A DNA stretch of 64,000 nucleotides from Mobula hypostoma (Eukaryota). The notes below the pieces were generated by a model. It was not told where the DNA came from. It did not search any database and worked only from the letters and a program-made list of their open reading frames with translations. The position numbers were made by a program, and so were the translations under genes. Below are positions 62,480 through 64,000 of the stretch, piece after piece; the stretch's first letter is position 1, and every line of letters starts with the position of its first letter. The DNA lies in assembly GCF_963921235.1 (NCBI RefSeq), contig NC_086100.1, positions 129,022,001-129,086,000 on the forward strand, read 5' to 3'.

Positions 62480-64000
62480 CAATAAGATTTGGTAAAGTCA
62501 GGCAGTGCAGTAGTTACAGGGGACAGAAAGGAGATTCTGTGGCTGCAAAGAGACACCAGGGTGGTTGGTGTATTGCCTCCCGGGTGCTAGGGTCCAGGAT
62601 GTATCAGAGCAGCTGCAGGATATTCTTGGGGGGAGAACAGCCAGAGATTGTGGTGCATGTTGGCACCAATGACATAGGCAAGGAAGGTGAAGAGAAGTCC
62701 AGAGTGAATTCTGCCATTGAATGTAGGTTTACTGTAAGGCATGTTTCGTAGCTTTCCAAAACAAAGCTCACGCTTCTGGCTGAATGCAGTCAGGAGCAAA
62801 CTACAGTCTCGTCTACCGTAGTTTTCAATGATGCATCAGCCAGGCACCAGCTGAGCCACGCATACACAGTGAGCGTAGAGTTAGGAAAGAGACTGAAGAG
62901 AAGGACGTCCAAGGTTGTAATCTCTGGATTACTCCTGGTATCATGGGCTAGTGCAGGTAGAAATGGGGTGATAGCACGGTTGATGCAGGGGGCAGGATTT
63001 CAAGTTCTTGGATCTTTGGAACCTTTTCTGGGGAAGGGGTGACTGGTACAAGAGGAACAGACTGCATCTGAACTGGAGGGGAATTAATATCCTGGCCAGG
63101 AGGTTTGCTAATGCTACTCAGAAGAGTTTAAACTAGTTTTGCAGTGGGCTAGGAACTGAAGCCCCAGATCAAAGGGAAGGATCGGACCAGAAGGTAGATG
63201 TTAGGTAAAGTTTTGAAAGGCAAAATCAAAATAACAGGCATGATGGGTCGGATAGAATGAAGTGTGTATATTTTAATGCTATGAGTATCATGGATAAGAA
63301 TGATTAACTTAAGAGCATGGAGCAGTACATAGAACTATGATGTTGCAGCCATTATTGAAATTAGGTTGAGAGAGGGACAGGAATAAGTGATTAATGTACC
63401 AAGTTTTTGAAGTTTTAGAAAAGAAAGGGGAGGAAGTAAGGGGGTGGGGGCATAGAAAGAGTTGCATTACTAATCAAGGACAATACCACAACTGCACTCA
63501 GGAGAGATATAATAGAGAGGTCAGACTGAGTCCATTTGGGTTGAACACAGGAATAGGAAGGGTGCAATCACTGTGATGGGATTGTACTATAGAACAACAC
63601 CTCCCTCCCCCATAGCCACCGGGACATTGTAATTAGATTAAGGAAATGTGTAAAAATAATAGGGTTTAATAGGGTTGTTGTCTTGGGGATTTCAACTTCC
63701 CTAATATAAACTGGGCCCTTCTTAGTACAAGGGCTTCAGATAAGACAGAATTTGTTAAGTGCATCCAGGAAAGTTTTATAAATCAATATGTGGACGGCCC
63801 AACAAGAGAGGGGGCTGTACTGGACCTGGTGTTGGGTAATGAGCCTGGCCAGGTTACTGGCCTTTCAATGGGTGAACAGTTAGGAAATAGTGACCACAAC
63901 GCCTTAACTTCTTTGAGGATAGCTATAGATAAAGACAAGTATGGCCCTCGCAGGAGAGTTTTAAACTGGAGTAGGGCAAATTATGAGGGCATTAGGCAGG
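62480..64000 (+). mobile_element. CR1 LINE 5' part: ORF1 SGNH-esterase and ORF2 endonuclease, degraded
   Basis: GEQPEIVVHVGTNDIG...ELGKRLKRRTSKVVISGLL (CR1 ORF1 esterase), then GDFNFPNINW-like and LDLVLGNEPGQV...LGNSDHN endonuclease blocks; runs off the window. Confidence 0.9.

Noticed and set aside
254-63576. Remaining short six-frame ORFs
   Set aside because: They are antisense or off-frame shadows of TE ORFs, or low-complexity chance ORFs without splice or homology support.

Overview
Vertebrate genomic DNA, most likely from a cartilaginous fish (the repeats look like those of rays and sharks; the species cannot be fixed from sequence). Two host genes face each other tail-to-tail. (1) A complete 4-exon immunoglobulin J chain gene (JCHAIN, + strand, CDS exons 16352-16415, 19366-19492, 20396-20476, 27520-27775; 175 aa). 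It has all eight canonical cysteines, a net basic charge and an unusual 30-residue Pro/Thr-rich tail after the last Cys. (2) The 3' eight exons of an annexin A5 gene (ANXA5, - strand, 56354 down to 38697; the 5' exons lie beyond the window), with Cys in place of the repeat-III loop Trp. Most of the rest is nested retroelement debris. It includes many CR1 LINEs (one with an uninterrupted 676-codon RT ORF), Rex1/Babar LINEs, and a full-span Tf1/sushi chromovirus carrying a 15 x 94-bp higher-order tandem array inside gag. There is also a Hero-like (R2 superfamily, RLE) element with its 3' UTR repeated at its 5' side, and Penelope-like elements carrying minimal hammerhead ribozymes. Finally there is an internally deleted PNMA-gag Gypsy element nested in an endogenous-retrovirus gag/pro relic, plus tRNA-derived SINEs, a Tc1 fragment and a 31-bp minisatellite. 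Exon coordinates were read base by base. TE boundaries are approximate unless termini are quoted, and percent identities are by-eye estimates.
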